This document shows positions 31,357-41,287 of a stretch of DNA of 64,000 nucleotides, piece after piece (the first letter of the stretch is position 1; every line of letters starts with the position of its first letter). The notes beneath the pieces are model-generated. The model was not told the DNA's origin. It did no database searches and was given only the letters and a program-made list of their open reading frames with translations. The stretch comes from an uncultured Thermofilaceae archaeon (lineage in GTDB: Archaea > Thermoproteota > Thermoprotei > Thermofilales > B69-G16), in NCBI GenBank assembly GCA_964501905.1, contig CAZCTW010000006.1, positions 4,311 through 68,310 on the forward strand, read 5' to 3'. The translations under genes were made by a program, and so were the position numbers.

Positions 31357-31473
31357 TGGTGGACCGGGCGGGATTTGAACCCGCGTCTTTGGGCCCCGTG
31401 TGTGTTGCGGGGACTCCCGCTTGCGATTCCCGCCGGCAAGGTAGCGGGCGCTCTTCCCCTGAGCTACCGGCCC
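31357..31473 (-). tRNA. tRNA gene, most plausibly tRNA-Ala(CGC), with two intervening sequences and encoded CCA
   Basis: The minus strand reads GGGCCGG-TA-GCTC-AGGGGAA-GAGC-G-CCCGC...GCGGG...GCGGG-TTCAAAT-CCCGC-CCGGTCC-A-CCA. It has a 7-bp acceptor stem with G3:U70 (the Ala identity pair). The gene is 117 nt, against about 75 nt expected. Removing 16 nt (31427-31442) yields anticodon loop TTCGCAA. About 26 further extra nt lie between the anticodon stem and the T stem (within 31385-31415). Confidence 0.8.
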
Positions 31474-31497
31474 GTCGTAATATTAAACTCTAATTGC

Positions 31498-31505
31498 AAT
31501 ATAAA
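31498..31505 (-). promoter_or_regulatory. TATA-box-like element upstream of the tRNA gene
   Basis: The minus strand reads TTTATATT, 25-32 nt upstream of tRNA position 1. This is the usual archaeal TATA-to-TSS spacing. Confidence 0.35.
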
Positions 31506-31597
31506 TCTCTCGTTTTATTGTTTTAAATCTTTAGAATCTCTTAAAGGATACTAAGTTATTCTACTGGTACAGCGGTAATGTGGGAGCGTGACGCTGC

Positions 31598-32677
31598 TTA
31601 TAGGATTCCTATACTTATCAGTTTTTCTTTTAATCTTTTTATTCTCATGTCAACTATGTCCATGACTTGTTTGGGGCTAATAGTTCCCTCTAGTTTATCT
31701 TTAAGCTCTGTATAGATTCTCTCTCTTAGATTTTCTGGTAGGTCAAATATTTCGCTAATCATTATCATCCACATTCTAGATGTATTATCAGGGTCGTAAC
31801 CTCCTCCCCCTAATCCTAGAACTCTACCTCCCGCGTATTTAGCCGCTATATCCCTGAGAAAACGCCCAAATCTCCTATAGCTTTTAGATGTAAGCCTTAA
31901 GTCGACTAGGGGGTCTCCGAGATGAGCATCTACTCCCATCTGGGCTACAATGAATTCAGGCTTGTACTTCTCTAGGAGAGGGATTACGAGTTCTTCAAGG
32001 GCTTTTTCGAAGGCGTCGTCGCCAGCGCCTGAGGGTAAGGGTATGTTAACCGAGTAGCCGTATCCCTCTTTTTCTCCAAGCTCATCCACATCTCCTGTGC
32101 CGGGGTAAAAATAGCCATACCTATGGAAGGATATTTTGAGTATCGGCTTATCGTAGAGTATAAACTGAGTCCCGTCGCCATGATGCCCATCTATGTCGAC
32201 GATTGCAACCCGCAGTTTCTCTTTGCTGGCTAGAGCAGCGGCGAGCGCTACGTCGTTAAAAACGCAGAAGCCAGCGGCAGAATCCCTACGAGCATGATGA
32301 AAGCCTCCCTGAGAATTAAAACCTGATTTATACTGACCTTCTATTATAAGCCTTGTCAGCTTCGCGGTGCCTCCTACTACCAGAATGGCATCTTCATAGA
32401 CGCCTTTATATGCTGGAGTATCGCCGTAATCGAGATACCCCACTCCTGTCTTGCCCTTTTCTTTCACATATTCTATGAAGCTCGAGTCGTGAATTAGGAG
32501 CAAATCCTCTTCCCTCACGGGTTCGGGCTCGACCACATCCACGTAACTATTTAAACCATATTTATCGAATAATTCTTTGAACATTTTATTTCTTATTTTC
32601 CAATTCCATGTTAAACTTAGAGGAGTAAAGGCGATATCTAAGTATTTCTCAGAAAAGGTTACAGCACTTTTCGCCAT
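31598..32677 (-). CDS. Histone-deacetylase-family amidohydrolase (AcuC/acetylpolyamine deacetylase-like)
   Basis: GGFHHARRDSAAGFCVFNDVA and DIDGHHGDGTQ are class I/II HDAC active-site motifs. Confidence 0.85.
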   Translation of the reverse strand: MAKSAVTFSEKYLDIAFTPLSLTWNWKIRNKMFKELFDKYGLNSYVDVVEPEPVREEDLLLIHDSSFIEYVKEKGKTGVGYLDYGDTPAYKGVYEDAILVVGGTAKLTRLIIEGQYKSGFNSQGGFHHARRDSAAGFCVFNDVALAAALASKEKLRVAIVDIDGHHGDGTQFILYDKPILKISFHRYGYFYPGTGDVDELGEKEGYGYSVNIPLPSGAGDDAFEKALEELVIPLLEKYKPEFIVAQMGVDAHLGDPLVDLRLTSKSYRRFGRFLRDIAAKYAGGRVLGLGGGGYDPDNTSRMWMIMISEIFDLPENLRERIYTELKDKLEGTISPKQVMDIVDMRIKRLKEKLISIGIL

Positions 32678-32983
32678 AACATCCCTCTGCGAAAACCGAA
32701 TTTTTCGTCTTCAACCTTTTATAATACTTATCGCCCTTATATTCATTGCGACGCATATTTTCCGAAAATTTAAGTATTAAGGTAGAGCTTAAGTCAAGTC
32801 TTCTTAGTCACTTTAAGTTCTCCGTAATCCTGCTTCCCTTCGAAAGAACAACGCGCTTAAGAGTTTCTTAAAAGTGGACAACCTAGGTTTATTTAACTCA
32901 CAGGATAGGGCTTCGCTAGTACTTGAGGTAACGAGATTTTTTAATATTTGTCTAGTTCTAAATATGTGTAGCTGGTGATATAA

Positions 32984-33736
32984 TTGAATGTTAAAGGAGT
33001 TATCCTCTGCGGAGGCAGGGGGACTAGGCTACGCCCCCTGACTTATTACTTCCAGAAAGTAATGATACCTGTTGGCTCTCGCCAGAAGCCCCTGCTCGAG
33101 TATATAATCAGGCTTTTAAAATTTCACGATATTAAAGACGTCATCTTCCTTGTAAACTATAAAGCTGAACAGATAATTAACTACTTTGACAACGGATCTA
33201 GATTTGGCGTAAAAATTGAGTACATCTACGATGACCCCAAATACAAGGGCAACGCTGGGGCTTTATATAATGCTTATCTAAAAGGCTTGTTTAGAAAAGA
33301 CGAAACTTTGCTAGTTTATTACGGCGATATATTGTCTAACTTGGATCTTAGCAAACTAGTTGAAACTCACTTAGATAAAAAAGCCGCAGCTACCTTAGCT
33401 CTTTCTACGAACTATGAGGTTACAGTTGGAGTGGTGGAAGTCGACGAGAAAGGACAAGTTGTTAACATAAAAGAGAAACCTCCTTTAGGCAAGCCTGTCT
33501 TTATAGGAATCCTAGTTTTGGAAGGCAGGTATGTGCCTCTGATAGGGGACTTATACGACGAGGGTAGAAAGTCCGTCGACATAATGGGCGATTTAATACC
33601 GCTACTAGTGGCGAAAAGGGAACCGGTCTACGGCTATTTAACTGACGCTTTCTGGTATGACGTGGGCAGTACAGAGAAATACGAAAAACTGGAACCTAAA
33701 CTCGTGGATAAAGAGTTAAAATTCCTACTCGAGTAG
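32984..33736 (+). CDS. Sugar-1-phosphate nucleotidyltransferase
   Basis: N-terminal [16 protein letters not shown] pyrophosphorylase motif in a 250-aa single-domain protein. TTG start preceded by GGTGAT. Confidence 0.85.
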   Translation: MNVKGVILCGGRGTRLRPLTYYFQKVMIPVGSRQKPLLEYIIRLLKFHDIKDVIFLVNYKAEQIINYFDNGSRFGVKIEYIYDDPKYKGNAGALYNAYLKGLFRKDETLLVYYGDILSNLDLSKLVETHLDKKAAATLALSTNYEVTVGVVEVDEKGQVVNIKEKPPLGKPVFIGILVLEGRYVPLIGDLYDEGRKSVDIMGDLIPLLVAKREPVYGYLTDAFWYDVGSTEKYEKLEPKLVDKELKFLLE

Positions 33737-33795
33737 CTATTTTAAGAGATTACTATTATAAACCTCTTGAACTTTTTCTTTAAGGCTTCGCGGAT

Positions 33796-36450
33796 ATGCG
33801 CGAAATAGCGTATGCCACTAAGAGTTACGGGAAAGAGGAAATATTGAAAATACTTAATCCATTTGTAGCTGAGTGGTTTAATGCAAAGTTCGAAAAGCTA
33901 ACTCCTCCTCAAAGCTACGGAATAGTCCCAATCTACCAGGGCAAGAATGTACTGATATCCAGTCCGACTGGTACTGGAAAGACTTTAACAGCTTTTCTAA
34001 GCATTATAAGCAAACTATTCGACTTAGCACAGAAAAACAAGCTCGAGGATAAAGTTTACTGCATTTACGTGTCTCCTCTAAGGGCTTTAAATAACGACAT
34101 CTATAGGAACCTGGAAGAACCCTTAAGGGAAATTAGGGAAATAGTTGAGAACAGAGGGCTAGAACTACCGGAAATTAGGCATGTCGTCAGAACAGGAGAT
34201 ACCCCTCCCCATGAAAAACAGAAAATGCTGAGAAAACCTCCCCACATACTCATAACAACTCCCGAGTCTCTAGCGATAATTCTCAACGCTCCAAAATTTA
34301 AGAAAAAGCTGGTCAGCGTTGAATACGTTATAGTAGACGAAATCCACAGCCTGGCTGAAAGTAAGAGAGGCGTGCACCTGACGCTCTCTCTTGAAAGGCT
34401 CCAGGAGCTATCGGAGAAAAAGTTCTCTAGAATAGGTTTATCAGCTACGATAAACCCGCTGGAAGAAGTTGCCCAGTTCCTGGTGGGTTATGAGAATGGG
34501 AAACCTAGGCCCTGTATCATCGTCGACACCAGGTACGTGAAGAGGAAGGATATCAAGGTGCTGTGCCCAGTCAGTGATTTAATTCACACTCCTAGCGATG
34601 TGGTAAACAGGAAAATGTACGAGCTCTTGGCAGATTTGATAAGGAAGCATAGAACTACGCTAATATTCACTAACACAAGGAGCGGCACCGAGAGAGTAGT
34701 ATTCCACCTTAAACAGGTACTGCTCAGAAATAACGTAGAGGGGTTCGGCGAGGATAGCATCGCGGCTCACCACGGGTCTCTCTCGAGATATGTAAGGCAT
34801 GGCGTCGAGGAAAAACTGAAGAAGGGATTGCTTAGAGCTATAGTGAGCTCTACAAGCCTTGAGCTTGGCATAGATATAGGCTACATAGACCTAGTTGTCC
34901 AAATAGGATCCCCAAAATCGGTTACGAGGTGTCTGCAGAGGATAGGCAGGAGCGGGCATAGGTTACACGAGGTTAGCAAGGGCAGACTCGTCTGCGTAGA
35001 TAGAGACGATATAGTTGAGTGCTCGGTTATGGTTAAAGAGGCTTATCGGGGACACTTAGATAAGATCCGTATACCCAAGAACTGTTTAGACGTTTTAGCC
35101 CAGCACATCTTAGGCATGGCTATAGAGAAGAAGTGGCGTGTTGACGAAGCGTACGAGCTCATTAAGAGATCCTACTGCTATAAAGACTTGCCTAAAAGTG
35201 ATTTTCTCCGAGTTCTCCAATATTTATCCGGTAACTACTCCGTCCTAGAGCACTACAAGGTCTACGGGAAGATATGGTTCGATCCGGAGGAAGGAGTTTT
35301 CGGAAGGCGGGGTAAATATGCAAGGGTTATCTACGCGTTGAATATAGGCACCATACCTGATGAAGTAAGCGTTAAGGTATTTACGGTAAACGGCAGGTAT
35401 GTAGGTAATATAGAGGAGGAGTTCCTAGAGCGTTTAATGCCTGGAGACCGCTTCATACTGGGCGGAAAGGTATACGAGTTTGTTAAAAGCCGAGGGTTCA
35501 GCGCCTACGTAAAGCCTGCTTTTGATATGAAGCCTACCGTTCCGAGCTGGTTTAGCGAAATGCTACCGTTAAGCTTCGATTTAGGGCTTAAAATCGGCGA
35601 GTTTAGGAGAAAAATGTTTAAGTGGTTAGAGGAGGGAGTGTCGAAGGAGAAGATTACGAAATACATAAGAAAATACTGCCGCGCTGACGAGAACTCTGCC
35701 AACTCTATATATGAGTATTTCTTAGAGGAATATCTCTACCTAAAATATCTCGGGATAAACGATTATCCATCGGATAAAGTTATCCTAGTCGAGTACTATT
35801 TATCCGAGGAGGGTAGGATATACCAGGTACACCACACGCTTTACGGAAGAAGGGTAAACGACGCTTTATCCAGAGCATTGGGCTATCTAGCGAGCAAGAA
35901 GGCTAGGAGGAATATAGGAATAGCTGTACACGATAACGGCTTTGCCTTAATTTATCCACCAGGAGTAAAGCCTGAGCTTACTCTGAGGGATTTGAAAAGC
36001 CGTGAGCTCAGAAAGGTTTTGGCTAGGGCTATTAGAAATACCGAGATGTTTAAGCGGAGGTTTAGACACGTAGCTGCCAGGGGATTGATGATTTTGAGGA
36101 ACTACAAGGGGCATGAGATAAGCGTGAATAAACAACAGTTGAACGCGAACACGCTACTGAAAGTAGTGGAGGAGTTAGAGGAGTTCCCGTTATTAAAGGA
36201 GACCTATCGAGAGATAATGGAGGACGTTATGGACGTGGAGAACGCGGAAAAGGTATTGCGGTGGATCGAGAAAGGCAAAGTTAAGGTTGTGGAAATCCCC
36301 CTCCAGACGATACCTTCACCCTTTGCCCACAATATCGTACTTGAAGGATTAAGCGATGTTGTGTTGATGGAGGATAAGAGAGCGCTTATAGAAAGATTCC
36401 ACAGAGCAATTATGGGGAGAATAGCCGGGCTAATTCATGCTAGATCTTAG
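33796..36450 (+). CDS. lhr: Lhr-type superfamily 2 ATP-dependent helicase with DEAD/H-associated C-terminal domain
   Basis: 884 aa. Motif I SPTGTGKT, motif II VDEIHS, SAT, and motif VI QRIGRSGH. The long C-terminal domain is typical of Lhr-core proteins. Confidence 0.9.
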   Translation: MREIAYATKSYGKEEILKILNPFVAEWFNAKFEKLTPPQSYGIVPIYQGKNVLISSPTGTGKTLTAFLSIISKLFDLAQKNKLEDKVYCIYVSPLRALNNDIYRNLEEPLREIREIVENRGLELPEIRHVVRTGDTPPHEKQKMLRKPPHILITTPESLAIILNAPKFKKKLVSVEYVIVDEIHSLAESKRGVHLTLSLERLQELSEKKFSRIGLSATINPLEEVAQFLVGYENGKPRPCIIVDTRYVKRKDIKVLCPVSDLIHTPSDVVNRKMYELLADLIRKHRTTLIFTNTRSGTERVVFHLKQVLLRNNVEGFGEDSIAAHHGSLSRYVRHGVEEKLKKGLLRAIVSSTSLELGIDIGYIDLVVQIGSPKSVTRCLQRIGRSGHRLHEVSKGRLVCVDRDDIVECSVMVKEAYRGHLDKIRIPKNCLDVLAQHILGMAIEKKWRVDEAYELIKRSYCYKDLPKSDFLRVLQYLSGNYSVLEHYKVYGKIWFDPEEGVFGRRGKYARVIYALNIGTIPDEVSVKVFTVNGRYVGNIEEEFLERLMPGDRFILGGKVYEFVKSRGFSAYVKPAFDMKPTVPSWFSEMLPLSFDLGLKIGEFRRKMFKWLEEGVSKEKITKYIRKYCRADENSANSIYEYFLEEYLYLKYLGINDYPSDKVILVEYYLSEEGRIYQVHHTLYGRRVNDALSRALGYLASKKARRNIGIAVHDNGFALIYPPGVKPELTLRDLKSRELRKVLARAIRNTEMFKRRFRHVAARGLMILRNYKGHEISVNKQQLNANTLLKVVEELEEFPLLKETYREIMEDVMDVENAEKVLRWIEKGKVKVVEIPLQTIPSPFAHNIVLEGLSDVVLMEDKRALIERFHRAIMGRIAGLIHARS

Positions 36451-36530
36451 CCGGGCAATTGCCTGTTTTCCTTTAACTGCTTTATTCTATTATCCGTTAA
36501 CCTGTATTAAGACTGCAGTTGGCTAGGAGA

Positions 36531-36544
36531 AAAAATATATTTTC
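36531..36544 (+). promoter_or_regulatory. TATA-like element upstream of pheS (plus GGAGGT Shine-Dalgarno at 36578-36583)
   Basis: AAAAATATATTTT lies about 45 nt upstream of the TTG start. GGAGGT lies 5 nt upstream of the start. Confidence 0.3.
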
Positions 36545-36588
36545 AATTAGTGCTTTTACTTTAGTTCGCTGCTACGGGGAGGTTAACC

Positions 36589-38115
36589 TTGCTTCTACCG
36601 GAGAAACAGTACGAGATAGTAGCTAAAACCGTGGAAAACGGAGGTAGGATAAACACCGATATTTTAGCCGAAAAGCTAGGAGTAAAAGCGTCTGATATTA
36701 TGAGAGATTTAGCTGAGCTCCAGTCTAAAAAGCTAGTTGAAATAAAGAGAAGAACTGTTCAGAAGGCTTTTCTAACGGAGGAGGCTATCAGCTATTTAGA
36801 AAGGGGATTCCCTGAGGAAAGGCTTTTAGAAAAGCTCGCTGAGTATGGAGAGCTCGAAATAAAGGATCTACGCAGACGAGCCGGAGAATTCGGTTTAAAC
36901 GAGAAAGAGGTTCAGATAGCGATTCAACACCTAATAAGGCGTGGCGTGGCCAAGGTTGAAGAGGGTAAAATAAAATTAAAAATTTCAAAAGAGGAAATCG
37001 AGAAGGTCTTCGAGAGCTTTAAAGAATCCCGAGATGCCCTCTCAGGTTTACATGGTAGCGTAGTGGAAGATTTAGAATCTATTCGCGAATTCTCTAGAAG
37101 AGGGTTGGTAAAGCTTAAGAAATACTCTCTTATCTCCGTGGTGGCACCTGAGGAGACTATTAGGCTGTACGAGAAAGGAGAGTTAAAGCCCGCGGTTGTA
37201 GTGACGGTGGTATCCCCCGAGTTAATCACCTCGGGAAGATGGAGGGAAGTTATCTTTAAGAAGTTCGATTTAAGGGTGGAGCCTCCGACTATTTATCCCT
37301 ACAGGAAACACCCGTACATGGAGTTGCTAGACGAGATTAGGGAAATCTTAGAGGTTATGGGTTTTGAGGAAATGAAAGGACCTCATGTCGAATTGGAGTT
37401 GTGGAATTTCGATGCTTTATTCCAAGCTCAAGATCACCCTGCCAGGGAAATACATGACACATTTTTCCTCAAATACCCTAGACAGGGTAAGTTCGAGGAT
37501 AAAGACTTGATGGATAAAATCGGGAAAACGCATGAGAACGGTTGGATAACTGGCTCGAAAGGGTGGAGGTATAAATGGGATCCCCAGCGAGCCCTCAGGC
37601 TTATACTTAGAACCCAGACAACTGCCGTTTCGATGAGAACCATATATAAGAGAGGGGAGGGAGAGTATAGGTGCTTTGCCCTTGATAGAGTTTTTAGGCC
37701 CGAGACTCTTGACCCTAAGCATGCCATGGAGTTTTACCAGCTGGAGGGGATTATAGTCGGCGAGAAAGTTACCTTCAGGCACTTGCTTGGATTTTTCGAA
37801 GAATTTGCGAGAAGGTTGGGATTAGGCAAGGTGAAGATTAAACCCGGCTACTTCCCATTCACGGAGCCCAGCGTGGAGGGCTTTATAAAGCACCCGGAAC
37901 TTGGGTGGATAGAAGTTTTCCCCGGAGGCATGTTTAGGCCTGAAGTTTTAAGGCCTTTAGGCGTGGAGAAGAGTAACGTGGCGGCTTGGGGAATAGGAAT
38001 AGATAGGATAGCTATGACGATTTTAGGCATAGACGATATCAGAGATTTATTCTCGCCTAGCATAGAGTTTTTGAGGAGTAGGAAAATCCCGATTATAGAG
38101 GGCATGTACAGGTGA
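36589..38115 (+). CDS. pheS: Phenylalanine--tRNA ligase alpha subunit
   Basis: 508 aa with archaeal N-terminal wHTH repeats and a class II core (HPARE..DTFF, FRPE, GFGIDR-like WGIGIDRIAM). Confidence 0.95.
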   Translation: MLLPEKQYEIVAKTVENGGRINTDILAEKLGVKASDIMRDLAELQSKKLVEIKRRTVQKAFLTEEAISYLERGFPEERLLEKLAEYGELEIKDLRRRAGEFGLNEKEVQIAIQHLIRRGVAKVEEGKIKLKISKEEIEKVFESFKESRDALSGLHGSVVEDLESIREFSRRGLVKLKKYSLISVVAPEETIRLYEKGELKPAVVVTVVSPELITSGRWREVIFKKFDLRVEPPTIYPYRKHPYMELLDEIREILEVMGFEEMKGPHVELELWNFDALFQAQDHPAREIHDTFFLKYPRQGKFEDKDLMDKIGKTHENGWITGSKGWRYKWDPQRALRLILRTQTTAVSMRTIYKRGEGEYRCFALDRVFRPETLDPKHAMEFYQLEGIIVGEKVTFRHLLGFFEEFARRLGLGKVKIKPGYFPFTEPSVEGFIKHPELGWIEVFPGGMFRPEVLRPLGVEKSNVAAWGIGIDRIAMTILGIDDIRDLFSPSIEFLRSRKIPIIEGMYR

Positions 38116-38119
38116 TGGA

Positions 38120-39784
38120 ATGCCTGTTATAGATGTAGCTAGGTGGGATTTGGAGAGACTCGTCGGGAGGATGTTGGAGGACTCAGAGGTGGAGAAATAC
38201 CTCCCCATGCTCAAGTGCGAGATAGAGGAACTAGACGATACCGTAATATCTTACGAGGCGACCCACGATAGGCCAGACCTTTTCTCCGCAGAGGGATTAG
38301 CCAGAGCGCTTAGAGGACTTTTAGGAATTGAAGTCGGCCTTAGAGAATACCGCGTTAAAAAAACTGGTATAGACTTATACGCTCGAGGTCCTAGCTATAG
38401 GCCCTACATAGTAGCCGCTGTCGTAGAAGGATTGGAGTTAGACGGTGAGGCCGTAAGGCAGTTAATGAATCTTCAAGAAAAACTCCACACGACGTACTGT
38501 AGAAACAGACGGAAGGCTTCCATTGGCCTATACGACTTGGATAAGGTCACCCCGCCTCTCAAGTATATACACGTTGACCCGGATTCTGTGAGTTTCGTGC
38601 CCTTAGAAGAAACTAGAGAAATGAGCTTGAAGGAGATATTAGAGCGGACGGAGAAAGGGCGCCTCTACGCCCACCTGATCAAAAGCTACGATACCTACCC
38701 GCTTCTGGTGGATTCTAAAGGCACTGTTTTGTCGATGCCTCCTATAATAAACAGCGAAGATACTAAAGTTACCGAAGATACCCGTAGGGTAATTATCGAC
38801 GTTACAGGCGTCGATTTAGATGCAATTATCGATGTATTAAACATAGTGACGACAAACACTGCTGAGCGCGGAGAGGGAGCCGCCATAGGTTTAGTAAATG
38901 TACGCTATGGCGGCGATGTGATCGTCACGCCTAGACTTAAGCCTTCTAAAATATCCTTTGACCCCTCCCTATTGGAGAAATTAGTGGGTATAAGGCTTGG
39001 GAAAGAGGAGATAGTGAATCTCTTAGAAAAGATGAGGTTTAAAGCCGAAGTCTCCGGAGATAAGGTGGAAATTTGGGTGCCCCCATATAGAGTCGATATC
39101 CTACACCCCGTGGATGTAGCCGAGGATATAGCTATGGCTTATGGCTACGAGAATATAGGCTTTGAAACTCTGCCTCCTACCGGTGTTGGGAGAATAGATC
39201 CTATAGAGAGATTCTCTAGGAGAATCAGGGATCTCATGATTGGGCTTCAGTTTCAAGAAGTCGCCAACTATATGATGAGTAATCCTAAAACGTTAGTGGA
39301 GATGATGAGGCTAAAGGATATCAAGGTTGTAGAGGTTGAAAACCCGAAGATGGAGAAGTATACAGCGTTGAGGAACTGGCTTTTGCCCGGACTTCTGGAA
39401 GTCCTATCTTACAATAAACATCTCGGATATCCCTTGAGAATATTCGAAATAGGTGATATCGCCATAGTAGACGAGAGAGAAGACGTTGGCGTTAGAATTG
39501 AACGCCACCTTTGCGCTGCCGTTTATTCCGAGAACGTAACTTTGACGGATATAATGGTCTATGTTAAAGCTCTGTTAAAAAGCCTAGGGTTGAAGTATGA
39601 AGTAGTGGAGCATTCTCATCCTAGCTTTATAGAGGGACGGTGCGGCAGGATTCTAGTAGGTGGCGAAGAGCTCGGATTAGTGGGGGAGCTACACCCGGAG
39701 GTTATAGTGAAATTCGACCTGGAAGCTCCTGTAGCGGCTTTCGAGCTAGACCTAGGCAGCATTCTACGCCAAATGTTAGGTTAG
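38120..39784 (+). CDS. pheT: Phenylalanine--tRNA ligase beta subunit
   Basis: 554 aa starting 4 nt after pheS. B3/4 and B5 domain-like sequence typical of archaeal PheT. Confidence 0.95.
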   Translation: MPVIDVARWDLERLVGRMLEDSEVEKYLPMLKCEIEELDDTVISYEATHDRPDLFSAEGLARALRGLLGIEVGLREYRVKKTGIDLYARGPSYRPYIVAAVVEGLELDGEAVRQLMNLQEKLHTTYCRNRRKASIGLYDLDKVTPPLKYIHVDPDSVSFVPLEETREMSLKEILERTEKGRLYAHLIKSYDTYPLLVDSKGTVLSMPPIINSEDTKVTEDTRRVIIDVTGVDLDAIIDVLNIVTTNTAERGEGAAIGLVNVRYGGDVIVTPRLKPSKISFDPSLLEKLVGIRLGKEEIVNLLEKMRFKAEVSGDKVEIWVPPYRVDILHPVDVAEDIAMAYGYENIGFETLPPTGVGRIDPIERFSRRIRDLMIGLQFQEVANYMMSNPKTLVEMMRLKDIKVVEVENPKMEKYTALRNWLLPGLLEVLSYNKHLGYPLRIFEIGDIAIVDEREDVGVRIERHLCAAVYSENVTLTDIMVYVKALLKSLGLKYEVVEHSHPSFIEGRCGRILVGGEELGLVGELHPEVIVKFDLEAPVAAFELDLGSILRQMLG

Positions 39785-39818
39785 TAAATTTATAGCTTTT
39801 CTTCCTTTATCTATTGAA

Positions 39819-40604
39819 ATGTCTAAAATGAACAGAATTTTCAGGATGCAGTTAGATAAAAAAGTTGAACTGGTAGCTCTGGGACTCTATCTTAGAGATT
39901 TAGGGGCTTTAGCTATTTCTGATCTACACATAGGGTATGAGGAGGCCTTAGCCGCTCAAGGTATACATATTCCAGTTAGCCAGTATCCTAAAATGAAGAA
40001 GTTGATAGACAGGATGATAGAGACTGTTCAACCCGAGAAAATAATTATTGTCGGTGACGTAAAGCACGAGTTTGGGTCTGCATTGAGGCAGGAGTGGGTC
40101 GAGACCCTCGACCTACTTGATTTCCTAAAGGAGAGAGTTGGAGAAGTTATCGTAGTTAGAGGTAATCACGATAACTTCCTCATACCTATTTTAAGGAAAA
40201 AGGAGGTACCACTGTACGATCCCAGTTATCTATTGGAAAACGTGTTGTTTTTCCATGGACATAAAAACGTCGAGATGGACTTGTACAGTCGAGACGTAGA
40301 CGTTATAATTATGGGGCACGAACATCCAGCTATAGCTCTCAGAGACGAGATTGGTGTGAAGATGAAGTTTAAGTGCTTTCTTGAGGGAGTATTCGAAGGT
40401 AGGAAATTCTATGTTTTGCCGGTATTCTCACCATTGATGACTGGGACGGAAGTGAACTTAATTGATAAGGAGCAGCTATTATCTCCATTCTTGAAGATGG
40501 TAGATCTAGACGAGGCAGAAGTTTACGTCACGGATTTGGAAGCTGGCATATACTATTTCGGGACTCTTAATCTTTTAAGAAATTACGGTCTCTCTAGAAT
40601 TTAA
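39819..40604 (+). CDS. Calcineurin-like metallophosphoesterase
   Basis: Motifs ISDLHIG, VGDVKHE, VRGNHDN, HGH and GHEHP. Confidence 0.8.
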   Translation: MSKMNRIFRMQLDKKVELVALGLYLRDLGALAISDLHIGYEEALAAQGIHIPVSQYPKMKKLIDRMIETVQPEKIIIVGDVKHEFGSALRQEWVETLDLLDFLKERVGEVIVVRGNHDNFLIPILRKKEVPLYDPSYLLENVLFFHGHKNVEMDLYSRDVDVIIMGHEHPAIALRDEIGVKMKFKCFLEGVFEGRKFYVLPVFSPLMTGTEVNLIDKEQLLSPFLKMVDLDEAEVYVTDLEAGIYYFGTLNLLRNYGLSRI

Positions 40605-41208
40605 GTTCTCGCTCTCTTAACATCCGCTCGTAATCCTCTCTATTAATTGAAACCTCTGCGCCGCAGCACCCACACTTGTAGATCACTTTTTCTCCGTCTT
40701 CAGCTATAATATTCTCTAATGGCCTCCCACAAAAACAGACAAAACCTCTAAGCCTAGCGGGATTTCCGTAAACTAGGCCGTGACTGGGCACATCTTTGGT
40801 TACAACCGCGCCGGCGCCGACCATAGCATACTCTCCTATAGTGACGCCGCAGACTATAGTGGCGTTCGCCCCAATAGACGCTCCCTTCTTTATTCTAGTA
40901 GGCACAATCTCCCAATCTCTCGAGAAGGAGCGAGGATAGAGGTCGTTGGTGAAAACGGCATAGGGTCCTATGAAGACATCGTCTTCCACGACTACCCCCC
41001 TATAGAGCGAGACCCCATTTTGAATTTTCACGTTATCCCCTATGATCACGCCAACGTCTATGTAAACATCTTTCCCTATATTGCAGTTTTTACCTATTTT
41101 AGCTCCTTTGCGGACGTGGACAAAATGCCATATCCTAGTTCCTTCTCCTATTTCAGCTCCATCCTCAACTATAGCCGTCGGATGCACGAAAAAGCTTTTC
41201 TTCGCCAT
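40594..41208 (-). CDS. Left-handed beta-helix (hexapeptide) sugar N-acetyltransferase (WxcM/QdtC-like) with C-terminal Cys4 ribbon
   Basis: [26 protein letters not shown]...[10 protein letters not shown]...FTND hexapeptide repeats. C-terminal CFCG...CGCCG. Confidence 0.85.
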   Translation of the reverse strand: MAKKSFFVHPTAIVEDGAEIGEGTRIWHFVHVRKGAKIGKNCNIGKDVYIDVGVIIGDNVKIQNGVSLYRGVVVEDDVFIGPYAVFTNDLYPRSFSRDWEIVPTRIKKGASIGANATIVCGVTIGEYAMVGAGAVVTKDVPSHGLVYGNPARLRGFVCFCGRPLENIIAEDGEKVIYKCGCCGAEVSINREDYERMLRERELKF

Positions 41209-41287
41209 CGGGTAAATAACATCTCCATAAATATATCTGTTTATGGGGTTAGGTATAAAAGCGGGAATTATTCCTAATAGGTTATAA

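Noticed and set aside
31354-31554. 66-aa ORF MWWTGRDLNPRLW...
   Set aside because: It is the antisense reading of the tRNA gene at 31357-31473. GRDLNP-type translations are the classic signature of a T arm read backwards.
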